The position numbers and the translations under genes were made by a program. DNA of 64,000 nt from an uncultured virus (IMG/VR IMGVR_UViG_2061766007_000740) (lineage: Duplodnaviria > Heunggongvirae > Uroviricota > Caudoviricetes), in the IMG/VR virus record IMGVR_UViG_2061766007_000740. One strand, written 5' to 3'. The notes under the pieces are model-generated. The model had not been told where the DNA came from and did no database searches. It saw only the letters and a program-made list of their open reading frames with translations. This document shows, one piece after another, positions 21,952-32,200 of the stretch (position 1 is its first letter; each line of letters starts with the position of its first letter).

Positions 21952-23058
21952 TGCGATGTAGTCGCGGAAGTTTTGCAGGAACAAAGCCTTGTTATCATCC
22001 GTAATAGTCGGAGACCAAGTAGAGCAATCCAAACTAATACCTTGCTCCTCGCCAAGCCTTAGTTCCAAGAAGTCAGGATGGTCGCCCGATACCACGAAAG
22101 CCGAACTTTGCCCGATAGTTACGCGCTGAATCTTTGGGCAAGAATTGATGGTCGAATAGCTCCATTGCGTTGCTCCATGATAGTGCGGAGCATAGACCTC
22201 AAGCAGTTCGCTACAATCGTAAGCAATAGAGCAACCATAGACCACATTCAGCCGTTGGAACTTTGGCAGGTACAATCTCTTCAAGTGAGTATCTACGGCA
22301 TACAATCGACCATAGCCATCGGACTTGAACTCTTCCAACTCCGGGATGTTCATCTCCTCAACCTTTAGATTCGTAAAGCCGTACTGATTATAGCCGACCC
22401 AAGTCTTCTGATAGATGAGTTTGACTTTCGGCATATCCAACTGCTCCAAGTTTGCGCAGTTGTCAGTCCATCCCGATAGCGAGCACTCAACCGTCTCGCA
22501 GTTCAGCGTGAGTTTCTTCAAGCCGGAGAACAAAGACACCAAGCGGCTCAATGCTCCGTTATAAGTCCAACCTACATTGTCATCCGTCAGTTCCTCAATC
22601 TCTGAGGCTGTGCTCGTCTCACCAATAAGATGAGCAACCGACATCCCATCCGCTGCTTCGGGGACACCGCCAATCTTCCTATCGTTCAGCAGCGCGAGAT
22701 TAGCGGCGAGCGGAGACGATGCGGAAATCTCCGAGCGGCGGTCTGGAATGCCGTATGTTTCATTGCCTACCAAACGATTCCGCAGATAGGTATAGGCTGC
22801 TGTAATATAACCGATGACAGACGCTCCACCAAGCATGGTCAGTGTAGCCGTCCAAGCCTTGCGGATGATAGCAGTAATCAGGTTGCGACTTTCTTCGATG
22901 GTCGTTGTTACCGTACCACTCGCGGGCGGAGTATCGAGACCTGTCGCATCATTAAACAACGGCGCAACGTCCTCGGTGACAATGCGGTCTTGGCTTTCAA
23001 GCATCGGGGTCAGTATGTCTGATACGGCATGCTCGCTTATTGTTTTTTCTATATTCAT
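21952..23058 (-). CDS. 'MNIEKT' variable protein, allele B, ends in gap
   Basis: N-terminus nearly identical to allele A; different LRR-like middle; NFRDYIA motif. Confidence 0.65.
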
Positions 23059-23112
23059 ATGCTTTCAAGTTTTGAGAATTAGGGCGCAACCAAGCACCCT
23101 AATCCGGGTTAG

Positions 23113-23265
23113 TTAGTCCCTCGGCGCAAATTGCCCGTTGGAACAATGGAAGTGCGGTTGCACTTGGTGGTAGGTCTTCGACTCAATACAATGGAGAGAG
23201 TCGGTCTTCGGGTTACGGCGACAATTCTTACATTGTCCGCAGACTGAATCTTGGAAAGTTCCCAT
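23113..23265 (-). CDS. 50-aa Cys/His-rich peptide (not in ORF track)
   Basis: AGGAGG then ATG; MGTFQDSVCGQCKNCRR...HC...HFHC...RD*. Confidence 0.6.
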   Translation of the reverse strand: MGTFQDSVCGQCKNCRRNPKTDSLHCIESKTYHQVQPHFHCSNGQFAPRD

Positions 23266-23277
23266 AGCCGTTCCTCC

Positions 23278-23376
23278 TTATCCCAGCATCCCGTCGTCGG
23301 GGTTGTTACCGCCACCGTTGCCGCCACCTTCGCCTTGGTCGTCATCCTCCTCGTCAGTCTCACCCACGAAACGCAG
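23278..23376 (-). CDS. 3' end of a probable HU-like DNA-binding protein gene (partial)
   Basis: LRFVGETDEEDDDQGEGGGNGGGNNPDDGMLG*; acidic Gly-rich tail typical of Bacteroidota HU-related proteins. Confidence 0.45.
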   Translation of the reverse strand: MRFVGETDEEDDDQGEGGGNGGGNNPDDGMLG

Positions 23377-23386
23377 NNNNNNNNNN

Positions 23387-24287
23387 CGGAGGTGCATCTG
23401 TCCTCAGTTCTATTGCAGCAGCCTATACCTATCTGCGGACCCGTTTGCAAGGCAATGAGACATACGGCATTCCAGACCGCCGCTCGGAGATTTCCGCATC
23501 GTCTCCGCTCGCCGCTAATCTCGCACTGCTGAACGATAGGAAGATTTCTGAGCCGAACGCAATAGATGGCATCAGTCTTGTGCGATTGCTTTGTGATAGT
23601 ACGGCAGCAATGACCGAGTTTGAGGATACGAACTACGGATGGACGTTCAACAAGACCTTGCCCGCNNNNNNNNNNNNNNNNNNNNNNNNNNNNNNNNNNN
23701 NNNNNNNNNNNNNNNNNNNNNNNNNNNNNNNNNNNNNNNNNNNNNNNNNNNNNNNNNNNNNNNNNNNNNNNNNNNNNNNNNNNNNNNNNNNNAATTTCCC
23801 AGAGTTGGTAAACGTATCGACATGCAATAATCCTCCGCTCAATTCGACAACGATTGAGGAGATAGATATGCCGAAATTGGACTACATTAAACGGTATAAT
23901 ATCGGTTGCATAACAGGATGGTCGGCAATTAAGAAGTTGCGTGTTCATCATCCAAACTTTGACAGAGTTTATCCGAATGTAGGCGANNNNNNNNNNNNNN
24001 NNNNNNNNNNNNNNNNNNNNNNNNNNNNNNNNNNNNNNNNNNNNNNNNNNNNNNNNNNNNNNNNNNNNNNNNNNNNNNNNNNNNNNNNNNNNNNNNNNNN
24101 NNNNNNNNNNNNNNNNNNNNNGAAAACTTCCGCGACTACATCGCCAACCGCCTCACCGACAACGGCAGTGGCAANNNNNNNNNNTTCCCAAGCCGTTCAC
24201 AATGCCATCAACGCCGCCGAAGACGACTATCACATAAGAGAAATAATAACCCAAAAAGGCTGGACGATTTCGCCAGCACCGAATTGA
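23387..24287 (+). CDS. 'MNIEKT' variable protein, allele C, gapped
   Basis: GNETYGIPDRRSEISASSPLAANLALLNDRKI; NFRDYIANRLTDNGSG; ends QKGWTISPAPN. Confidence 0.6.
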
Positions 24288-24288
24288 T

Positions 24289-24528
24289 ATGAAGAAGATT
24301 ATTGACCTTTACCCCGAAGCCCCCAATGAGTGGCTTTGGCGCGACCACGCAGAAGACGTCAAGCGTGAGTTCTATCCGTCCGTTTCTATCCCTGCACAAG
24401 ACGAACCGCTCTGGCACGAGTGTACCGACATGGCTCGCATTGACTACGAAGCATGGTGGGAACGTGAGCATCCCCAACCCGAACCGGAACCATCGCCCGA
24501 ACCCGAACAGAAAGGAGGTGAGGTATGA
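24289..24528 (+). CDS. Small protein following fibre gene (tail-fibre chaperone-like)
   Basis: WHECTD..R..YEAWW pattern, PEPEP tail; tail repeated at 25322-25384. Confidence 0.5.
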   Translation: MKKIIDLYPEAPNEWLWRDHAEDVKREFYPSVSIPAQDEPLWHECTDMARIDYEAWWEREHPQPEPEPSPEPEQKGGEV

Positions 24529-24964
24529 ACTGGGAGTTATTAGTCGAAATCGGCAACTTCGCCGTCGGCATCATCGGTGTCATCGGCGGTACGGCTGGCA
24601 TCATCTTCTGGCGGGCAGCTCGTAAGGCACAAGAAGCAGCCGCCAAGGAGAAAGAAGCCAATGCGCAGTCTGCGTCCATCGAAGCCAAGAGCAAGGAAGC
24701 CGACCTCGTGGACACCATCCTGCAGAAGTTCGAGAAGGCGGTCATCGGTCGCATGGACCAGGGCGAGGCAGTCCGCAANNNNNNNNNNCGAGCTGTATCA
24801 GAAGCAGATCAAATGGATGTCCGAGCGATTGGATAGTAATGACAGCGTTCGGAAGCAGGAGTTTGACCAACTGCGTACCGACATCGGCGGACAACTGACG
24901 AACATCCNNNNNNNNNNCCGGAAACAGAAACGGAGCCCGTTGAGCCGGAAGATCAACCATCTAA
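24525..24964 (+). CDS. Holin-like protein (N-terminal TM plus coiled coil), gapped
   Basis: FAVGIIGVIGGTAGIIFWRAARK; lysis-region position. Confidence 0.5.
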
Positions 24965-24976
24965 CGAGTAGCAGCT

Positions 24977-25307
24977 ATGAACCGCAAAGTTGAGTACCGG
25001 GACACGACCGGTTGTTTCTATGGCTTTTGGATCATGGTCGGCGCTATCGCCCTGACGGTCGCTCTTTGTCTCCTGTTCCCCGGCTGCGCCTCGTCGAAGC
25101 GCATGGAGAGCAGCACCGGCAAGGATAGCACCATCTTCCACCATATCTACGACACTACCCGTATCGTGGTGGCGGTCACCCGGTCCGGTCAGTACCACAA
25201 CCATGTGCAGACATCGACCGGCAAGCAGATCCAGTTCGGGGAAGGTGGCGGAACATACAACGAGAAGACCGGCGAAGCTACCAATGTCTCGTCCGTCATC
25301 AACAATA
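24977..25307 (+). CDS. Lipoprotein N-terminus (probable spanin), ends in gap
   Basis: Hydrophobic leader with LFPGC lipobox, DSTI..IYDTT. Confidence 0.5.
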
Positions 25308-25380
25308 NNNNNNNNNNGCGGCAGCATCCCCAACCCGAACCGGAACCCGAGCAGGAACCGGAGCAGAAAGGAGGTGAGGT

Positions 25381-25875
25381 ATGACGTTATTATTTATCCC
25401 CTCGCTGATGGAAGGCAACATAGATGCTTTCCTGACAAAGGTGGCAGTAGTGGTGTTGCTATGGCTCATCGTTATTGCCGCGAGTATGATTGACCTTATC
25501 ACCGGCATTGCTGCGAGCAAGCGAACCGGCATTCAGCACACGACCTCATGGGGACTGCGCCGAACCGTCAGCAAGGACTTGCAATACCTTGCGCTGCTGG
25601 CTATGCTGCTGATTATCGACATCGGACTGAGTGCTCTTTCGCAGCAACTGCCGTTGTTCGCGATGCCGTTACTCTCGACGCTGGGAGTGATTACAATCTC
25701 AACCGTAGAGGCTATCAGCGTAGCCGAGAACACACGCAAAGGCAAAGCGCCGGAGGACGACAAGATGGACGATATTCAGCAACTGGTAATGGCGGTCGCT
25801 GATAAGTTGGGCAAGGACAAAACCAAAGCCTTTTTGCAGGCCTTGGAGGAATACGAGAAAGGGAAGAAAGCATGA
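25381..25875 (+). CDS. Phage holin (Bacteroides type)
   Basis: Three TM segments, IDLITGI, SWGLRRTVSK, EAISVAEN. Confidence 0.8.
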   Translation: MTLLFIPSLMEGNIDAFLTKVAVVVLLWLIVIAASMIDLITGIAASKRTGIQHTTSWGLRRTVSKDLQYLALLAMLLIIDIGLSALSQQLPLFAMPLLSTLGVITISTVEAISVAENTRKGKAPEDDKMDDIQQLVMAVADKLGKDKTKAFLQALEEYEKGKKA

Positions 25876-26000
25876 AAAGCAAGTATATCATTGATCCGAA
25901 CGGACGCTATGACAGCGTTGTCGGCAATGCTATCCGTTATGGTGTCGGCGGTGGCATCCTCGCCCTGCTGCTGTGGGTGCTGTTCGGTATGGTTGGCTAA
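25872..26000 (+). CDS. 42-aa single-TM peptide (not in ORF track)
   Basis: ATGA overlap with holin; MKSKYIIDPNG...GGGILALLLWVLFGMVG*. Confidence 0.55.
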   Translation: MKSKYIIDPNGRYDSVVGNAIRYGVGGGILALLLWVLFGMVG

Positions 26001-26001
26001 T

Positions 26002-26583
26002 ATGGAACTGAATAAAGGACATATAGCTTTTGCCGTAGCCTGCTTTGTGGCAGGAGGTATCATCGGTGCCGGACTCAAGTCGTGCTCGACACCCAAGCAA
26101 CCGAAGGCTGATCCTGTCGTTATCCATGATACGATAGAGGTCAGCAACCCGGCAGACATCGAGGCACATTCCAAGCCGAAGTATGTGATTAAGCGGGACA
26201 CAATGTGGCTTCCACGCCCCGTCAGCCCTTGTGACAGCGTAGATTCTTTATGTGACGGCAGAGTAACGGACAGCATTCCGGTGGATATTCCGATCATGGC
26301 GTATGAGTACCGCGATACCTTCCAGACCGACACCAGCCGGATAGAGTTAGGCATCCGCTATGAAGGCTACAAAGCCAAGATAGACGGGATAGACTTGCAA
26401 TACCGCTTCGAGAGCCAGCCTCGTATCATCGAGAAGAAGAAAGGATGGGGGCAGTTCATAGGTGTTGGCATCGGTGTCGGCTATGGTGCTTCGTTTGTGG
26501 GCAACGGCTCCGGTGCTACTATCGTCCATGCCGCTCCCGAGATCGGTGTTCACATAACGTATGGATGGGGCTATCATTGGTAA
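26002..26583 (+). CDS. Spanin-like lysis protein (DUF6808-like)
   Basis: N-terminal TM, DTI/DSI repeats, WGQFIGVGIGVGYG and IGVHITYG ending; between holin and endolysin. Confidence 0.6.
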   Translation: MELNKGHIAFAVACFVAGGIIGAGLKSCSTPKQPKADPVVIHDTIEVSNPADIEAHSKPKYVIKRDTMWLPRPVSPCDSVDSLCDGRVTDSIPVDIPIMAYEYRDTFQTDTSRIELGIRYEGYKAKIDGIDLQYRFESQPRIIEKKKGWGQFIGVGIGVGYGASFVGNGSGATIVHAAPEIGVHITYGWGYHW

Positions 26584-26599
26584 AAGAAAGGAGAGATAT

Positions 26600-27061
26600 A
26601 TGGAAGAAGAATTAGAAAGATTCAAACGCTACTTCGACTTGAAAGAGGTCGTGAGTAAGCAAGTGTATAACCGCTATGGGCAACAGGCCTGGCAGTTCTT
26701 TGATCCGCGTCTGTTAGCGGTAGTAGTATGGCTCCGTGAGGGGCTTGGTATTCCGTTGGTATGCAACAACTGGGCAAATGGTGGTACGCTGTCACAGCGC
26801 GGCTTCCGGTCTAATCTGGAACCGATAGTTGCTACCAAGACGAGACTGAATGAGTTGTATTGCTCTGCGCATTGTCTCGGCAAAGGTATAGACCTCTCGT
26901 CTGGTCGTATGTCTGCACCGCATATCCGTCAATGGATCAAGAATCATCTGCCGGAAGTGCCATATCCTATCCGCTTGGAGAGCGATAAGTCCGCACCGAC
27001 TTGGGTTCATATCGACGTGATGAACGTAACAGATAAGAAGATAGTCGAGTTTAGCGTGTGA
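26600..27061 (+). CDS. Phage A endolysin, peptidase M15-like
   Basis: QRGFR, SAHCLGKGID, WVHID Zn-peptidase motifs. Confidence 0.8.
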   Translation: MEEELERFKRYFDLKEVVSKQVYNRYGQQAWQFFDPRLLAVVVWLREGLGIPLVCNNWANGGTLSQRGFRSNLEPIVATKTRLNELYCSAHCLGKGIDLSSGRMSAPHIRQWIKNHLPEVPYPIRLESDKSAPTWVHIDVMNVTDKKIVEFSV

Positions 27062-27128
27062 AGAATAGAACAACAAAGGCAGACAAAATCGCGGGATTTC
27101 ATCTGCCTCTTGTGAAGTTTAGAACAAT

Positions 27129-27332
27129 ATGGACCACGAACAGGACATAGCCAAGCTGACCGTCTTAGCCGACGTGAAGCATTTCGTGACGGATGGAGAG
27201 AAATACTACCTCCGCAAGCTGTGCGACCGTCTCAACGAACGCTATGAGCCTTGTTCGTGTCCCGATTATCACCACGACCTCGCCATGCAACTGCTCATCA
27301 AACTCAAAAGACAATCACAACCACTAAAATAA
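27129..27332 (+). CDS. Hypothetical protein
   Basis: 67-aa ORF with CSCPD. Confidence 0.5.
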   Translation: MDHEQDIAKLTVLADVKHFVTDGEKYYLRKLCDRLNERYEPCSCPDYHHDLAMQLLIKLKRQSQPLK

Positions 27333-27339
27333 CAGCATT

Positions 27340-28101
27340 ATGAACAAAATCAGACACATCATTGCCGTGCGCTTCCTCTGCTTTGAGGGCAACCTCGGCG
27401 ACAAAGTGCTCTCCAAAGAGTACATCCACATGGGTCTGCATCTGATGTCGAACTACCTCGTGCCGACATTGGAGAACCAGACCAACAAGAACTTCGAGGT
27501 GGTCATCCTCGTGCATCCCAAACTCAACCTCGGTGCGTACAAGAAGAAAATCATCTCTCTCGGCGGTACGCTCAACCTCGACGTGGTGCGCTTCAACAAG
27601 TTCGATGAGTATATCAAGGACGCTGCCAAGACCGCAGAGAACCTGATCATCACCCGTATCGACTACGACGACCTCGTTTGGGACGGTGCCGTGGCAGATG
27701 CGCAGAAGCGTATCGGTCTCGCTCCGCTTTATATATACGGATACAACCGTGGTTATGCCTGGAAAGAGGACGACGATAAGATCATGGCGTTCTACCAGGA
27801 GTACAAGAAACGAGGTCATATGTCGATATTCCAGTCGGCTATCATCCAGACGAACGACCCGGATGTGGTCGGCATCCATCCATACAAGTGGAACCACACC
27901 AAGCCGATGGAGTCGCCGCATGTGCAAGCCATCAGCAAGGATAAGGTCAAGTACGAGCCGAACTACACCAAGGACGCTTTCGTATGGGTACGGCACGAGA
28001 ACACCTCGTCCGGTCTCATCTTCCCAGGTTATGTCCGCAACAAGGCCTACCTCGACAAGGATGCAGTAAAACAAATCTTCGGCGTGGCGATCCTCGATTA
28101 G
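27340..28101 (+). CDS. GT-A fold glycosyltransferase (putative rhamnosyltransferase-like)
   Basis: PTLENQTNKNF and ITRIDYDD (DxD) motifs. Confidence 0.7.
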   Translation: MNKIRHIIAVRFLCFEGNLGDKVLSKEYIHMGLHLMSNYLVPTLENQTNKNFEVVILVHPKLNLGAYKKKIISLGGTLNLDVVRFNKFDEYIKDAAKTAENLIITRIDYDDLVWDGAVADAQKRIGLAPLYIYGYNRGYAWKEDDDKIMAFYQEYKKRGHMSIFQSAIIQTNDPDVVGIHPYKWNHTKPMESPHVQAISKDKVKYEPNYTKDAFVWVRHENTSSGLIFPGYVRNKAYLDKDAVKQIFGVAILD

Positions 28102-28102
28102 T

Positions 28103-28831
28103 ATGGCGAACAGTTTCGGAGTATCGGTATGTATCACGGCTTTCCAGGCGACACGCTTCATCAAGGAGTGCCTGGATTCGATCGAGCAGCAGACATGGTT
28201 TCGGGAACGCGACAACTACGAGATATTGGTTGGCGTGGATAACGACCCGAAAACCATGCGCTACTTGCGAAAGATCATGCCGAACTATAAGCACATCCGT
28301 GTGTTTATGATGAACTCCAACGAAGGCACATACGTCACCATCAACACCTTGTTCTACCTCACGAAGTACGATTTTGTGGTACGCTTCGATGCAGACGATA
28401 TAATGCACGCCAACTGTATCGAGGAAGCCATGAACAAGCGGAACCAGTACGATTTCGTGCGGTTCAAGTTCCGCAATTTCTATGAGACGGACTTCCGTTG
28501 GAACCACGAGGTGTTGATTGCACACGGTATCGGCTTGTTCCGCAAGAGCATCATCCGGCACTACGGCTATTTCCGGCCGTGGCGCATAGCANNNNNNNNN
28601 NNNNNNNNNNNNNNNNNNNNNNNNNNNNGTCCGACCGACAACGTGGTATTTGCACGACGGGTCTATGAAGGCTCATTGACGACCGCCAAGAGCACGAGTC
28701 GCAACTCCATGCTGCGTAACTACTACTCGTCTATCATCAAGTCGGCACGGTACCTGACCGCAGTCCAGGCTATCATCCCGACCGTCACAAACCAATATAT
28801 AGAGGTCTTCCCTCTGCCCGGCACCAAATGA
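28103..28831 (+). CDS. Glycosyltransferase family 2
   Basis: VSVCITAF...IKECLDSI, EILVGVD, NEGTY, RFDADD. Confidence 0.85.
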   Translation: MANSFGVSVCITAFQATRFIKECLDSIEQQTWFRERDNYEILVGVDNDPKTMRYLRKIMPNYKHIRVFMMNSNEGTYVTINTLFYLTKYDFVVRFDADDIMHANCIEEAMNKRNQYDFVRFKFRNFYETDFRWNHEVLIAHGIGLFRKSIIRHYGYFRPWRIAXXXXXXXXXXXXXPTDNVVFARRVYEGSLTTAKSTSRNSMLRNYYSSIIKSARYLTAVQAIIPTVTNQYIEVFPLPGTK

Positions 28832-29247
28832 CCCAGCAGCGTTTCACATCGGCACAGTTCCAAGCACTTGCAGCGTCCAAGCGTCGCAAGATAATGGGAG
28901 CAGAGGGCACGGAGCATCATCTGCAGGTTGAGTGCGTCAAGTGGTTCCGGCTCAAGCACCATAAGGACGGTATCATCTATGCCATACCGAACGGAGGTCT
29001 GCGCAATCGCACCGTAGCAGCCGAGTTGAAAGAAGAAGGGCAGACCAACGGTATTCCCGACTTGCATATACCTGTGCCACGAAAAGGCTATGCTTCGCTC
29101 TATATCGAGATGAAGAACGGCAAGGCAGGCAGGCTCTCGGAGAATCAGAAGGAAATGATAGAATTACTTCGGAAGTTTGGCAACAAGGTAGAAGTGGTCC
29201 GAACGCTGGACGAGTTCATGGCGGTAGTAGATGACTACTTCGCATAA
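28828..29247 (+). CDS. VRR-NUC domain nuclease
   Basis: EHHLQ, AIPNGG, GIPDL, IEMK, GRLSENQ. Confidence 0.9.
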   Translation: MTQQRFTSAQFQALAASKRRKIMGAEGTEHHLQVECVKWFRLKHHKDGIIYAIPNGGLRNRTVAAELKEEGQTNGIPDLHIPVPRKGYASLYIEMKNGKAGRLSENQKEMIELLRKFGNKVEVVRTLDEFMAVVDDYFA

Positions 29248-29286
29248 GAAAACACCCTACTCGAAATGAGCGGGGTGTTTCTTTTT
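29246..29286. terminator. Terminator between convergent VRR-NUC and tape measure genes
   Basis: AAACACCCTACTC-gaaat-GAGCGGGGTGTTT-CTTTTT. Confidence 0.75.
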
Positions 29287-29296
29287 GAACTGTGCC

Positions 29297-32200
29297 TTAC
29301 GCCATCGTCACGTGGAGTGGTCTTGCAGGCGAAGTACGCAGTTCGTTGAGTTGATTCAGAATAGCATCGGTAGCAATCCTGATGAGCGATGTATCGCTGG
29401 CTATACTAACCACGGCTGCTTGTACGCTGGCCATTGTCGAATCGCCGAAGCCACCGNNNNNNNNNNNNNNNNNNGCAATGTCCGGATAGCGAACACTTCT
29501 CCAAGTTTGCTGTTCTCCAATGCCTCGATACGCCGTGCCGTGTCTTCCGTCACGCTCTCTATACCGCCGGACAACGTGCCTAATTCCGAGTTATGCTTGT
29601 AGAAGTCCTGCAGCACGCTCGGCATGCCGTTGACGGTATCAATCAGCGTGTCGCCGATCATCAACATGCTCTGATAGAAGTTCTCCGCTTTGTCCGGATC
29701 ACCGATGTTCTGCAGCAACTCCTTGAGGTAGTTATCCTGGTCGAACGACTTACGGGTTATACCGTCGTCACCTGTGATGGTCTTTGTGTACTTCTGCTTG
29801 AGGTAGTCGCTGTTCGTCCATGCCTCGATAGCGCTCTCAATCAACGGCTCCAAGATAGCCATCTGCAACATGTTCTCGATGACGTCGCCAATCATGGTCT
29901 TCACCGTATCACGGAATGCTCTTGCAGCGTTTTCGCCATTCTGGAACGCCTGGCGTATCGCACTACCCATTTGGCTTGCCCAGTCATCGGTGGACTTAAC
30001 CAGCGTGTCTCGCATCTGACGAACACCTTCCTCGAAAGCATCAAGCGCCTCTTGCTGTGAACGCTCATATTCACGTACCTTATCATCATCGGTGTTCTTC
30101 TTGTCTTTCTCCTTGTTGACCATCTCCGCATACAAGGCTGCTTTCTCCAGTTCCTTGCCGGTGGCTGCTATCTCATTGCGCAGTTTCTCGAAGCCTACGG
30201 TACGGTTAGCGATGGACTGCAAGTGCTGCATTGCGGCATCCAGTTCCTCCACCTCGTCTTTCAGTTTCTCTATCTGACGCTCCAATCTGCGGTCGTGCAT
30301 TTGGAAGACGGCAAAGATAGCTGCTGCAATAGCGGCTGCTGCGATTAGAGCGCCGAAGACTGCGCCTGCTGTGGTACCGAGTACGGCTACAGCAACTGTC
30401 AACGCTATGATCAATCCCATCACGGCTACAATAGGAGCAACCAATGCCTCGAAGTCACCCATGAAGTCCTCCATGTACCCGTCCATGTCTTGCATCCATT
30501 CCGGGTTCTCGCCGTCATTCATCATGTCGTAGAACTTCGACAACGCACTTGTCATGGACTTGATAGTGCCGAACAGAGCGTCTGCGGCTGCTTTGGTCTT
30601 ATCCATCTTACCTTGCCAATCGCCGAGGTCCTTCATCATGTTCTCGTAGCCCTTGTTACGAATCTCAGGGATTATATTCTCGCCATTCTCACCCATTTCA
30701 GTCTTCTCGCTGAGTATCTGAACGAGACGCGCTCCGATGTCTGCCAACTCCTTCAATTCGCCTTCTGTGCGCTCCTCAAGCGGTATCTGCTCCAACTCTA
30801 TCTTACGCTCTCCGATACGTGTTTCCTCGTCATCGAGAGCCTTGTAGCGCCGTGCAGCCTCTTTCTCCGGATGGAAGAAGTCTCGCATATAACCAATCAT
30901 GCCGGTGCCGATAGAAGCGTTGAACTCCTTCATCTGCTTCTCCAGTTGGAACCACATCTGATCCATCTCGCCTTGCATGGTCGGAGAGAGGTTCAACTTA
31001 CCTTTGGCTGCATCGTATTTCTTCTTCACAGCCTCGATGTCATACGGAGCAATGTCATAGACAGTTCCGTTCGGATAGCGCTTCAAGGACTTGCCAAGCT
31101 GCTTCTCGAAGTTCTTGAATACATCGTCCACTCCTTTCTTAACGGACTCTGCGAACTGCTTGTAATCACCAGCGCCGACAGAACCCTCATGCAATATCTC
31201 TGCTCGCATCTTTTGTACGAGAGAGTTGATAGCGCTGTTGCTGTCGATGAGCGAGTTGGCGATAGCATCATTCAGTCCGTTGCCGGTGAACTGTCTGCCG
31301 TTGATACCTGCTATCTCCGTCCGCATGGTCTTGTCGAGGTCTTTGAGCGCCGTGATGAGCGCCTTGGTCAGAATCTCGCCTTGCGGCAGCGCCTTGAATG
31401 CACCTTTGTTCATCTCCATCTGCTCGTTGAGGTAAGCGATCTGGTCACGGACATCCTTGATATTCTTCATGTCGCCTAACTCGAACACCGGTGCTTTCTC
31501 GCCGTTCTCACCAACCGTCTCTTTCGCCCATTCATTATACTTGGCGATGAGCTGACCGATGTTCTCCCGTTGTTCCTGGGACTGCGGACGAGTGAGGTCA
31601 GGACGTGCAATGCCTGTGATGTCGGCAAACGAACCGATCGTACCGTTGGCAATCATAGCACGGCCCAAGTCGATATTGTTGTGCATGTTCTCGAAGTCAA
31701 TCGTCAAATTCTGCACGGAACGCTCGAACGACTCCAGCCATTTCTGTATCTCGTCTTTGGTGAAGGTCTCATCTACCCACTTGCGGATTTGCTCTGCCAT
31801 GCGGATATAAGAGCCGTGCGTTTGCTTATTTGCTTTGCCGAACGCTTCCAACTCATCTGCAAGCGCCTGGCCTGCTTCACGGAAGTTCACGATACCATCT
31901 TCCAGACCGCCTTTGATCAGATGCTCACGACCGCTACCTACTAATATCTCCCCGAGCGTCTTGTTACCGATCTTGGAGTCGAAGTCCGTACCGCCTTCAC
32001 CGCCGAACAGACCACCATAGACCTCCTGAATCTTGGCGTTGGTGCGTACCTCGTTGATACCGTTCTTCACACCGCCTTGCTGCAGCGCTTTCTTGTACAA
32101 CTCATACGCATTCTTCAATATATTATAGAAGTCCGGGAACTCACGTTCTGTTCCTCCAGAGCCGGACTTTTTCAGCCAACTGCCTTGATTGTAATACTCC

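Noticed and set aside
11634..24287. Diversity-generating retroelement as cause of the variability
   Set aside because: No reverse transcriptase and no repeat pair differing only at adenines in the visible sequence; variable regions are long and unalignable. Cannot be excluded for gaps or sequence outside the window.
21952..24287. Invertible shufflon from oppositely oriented alleles B and C
   Set aside because: Orientation changes only across N gaps and no adjacent invertase is seen; unsupported without long reads.
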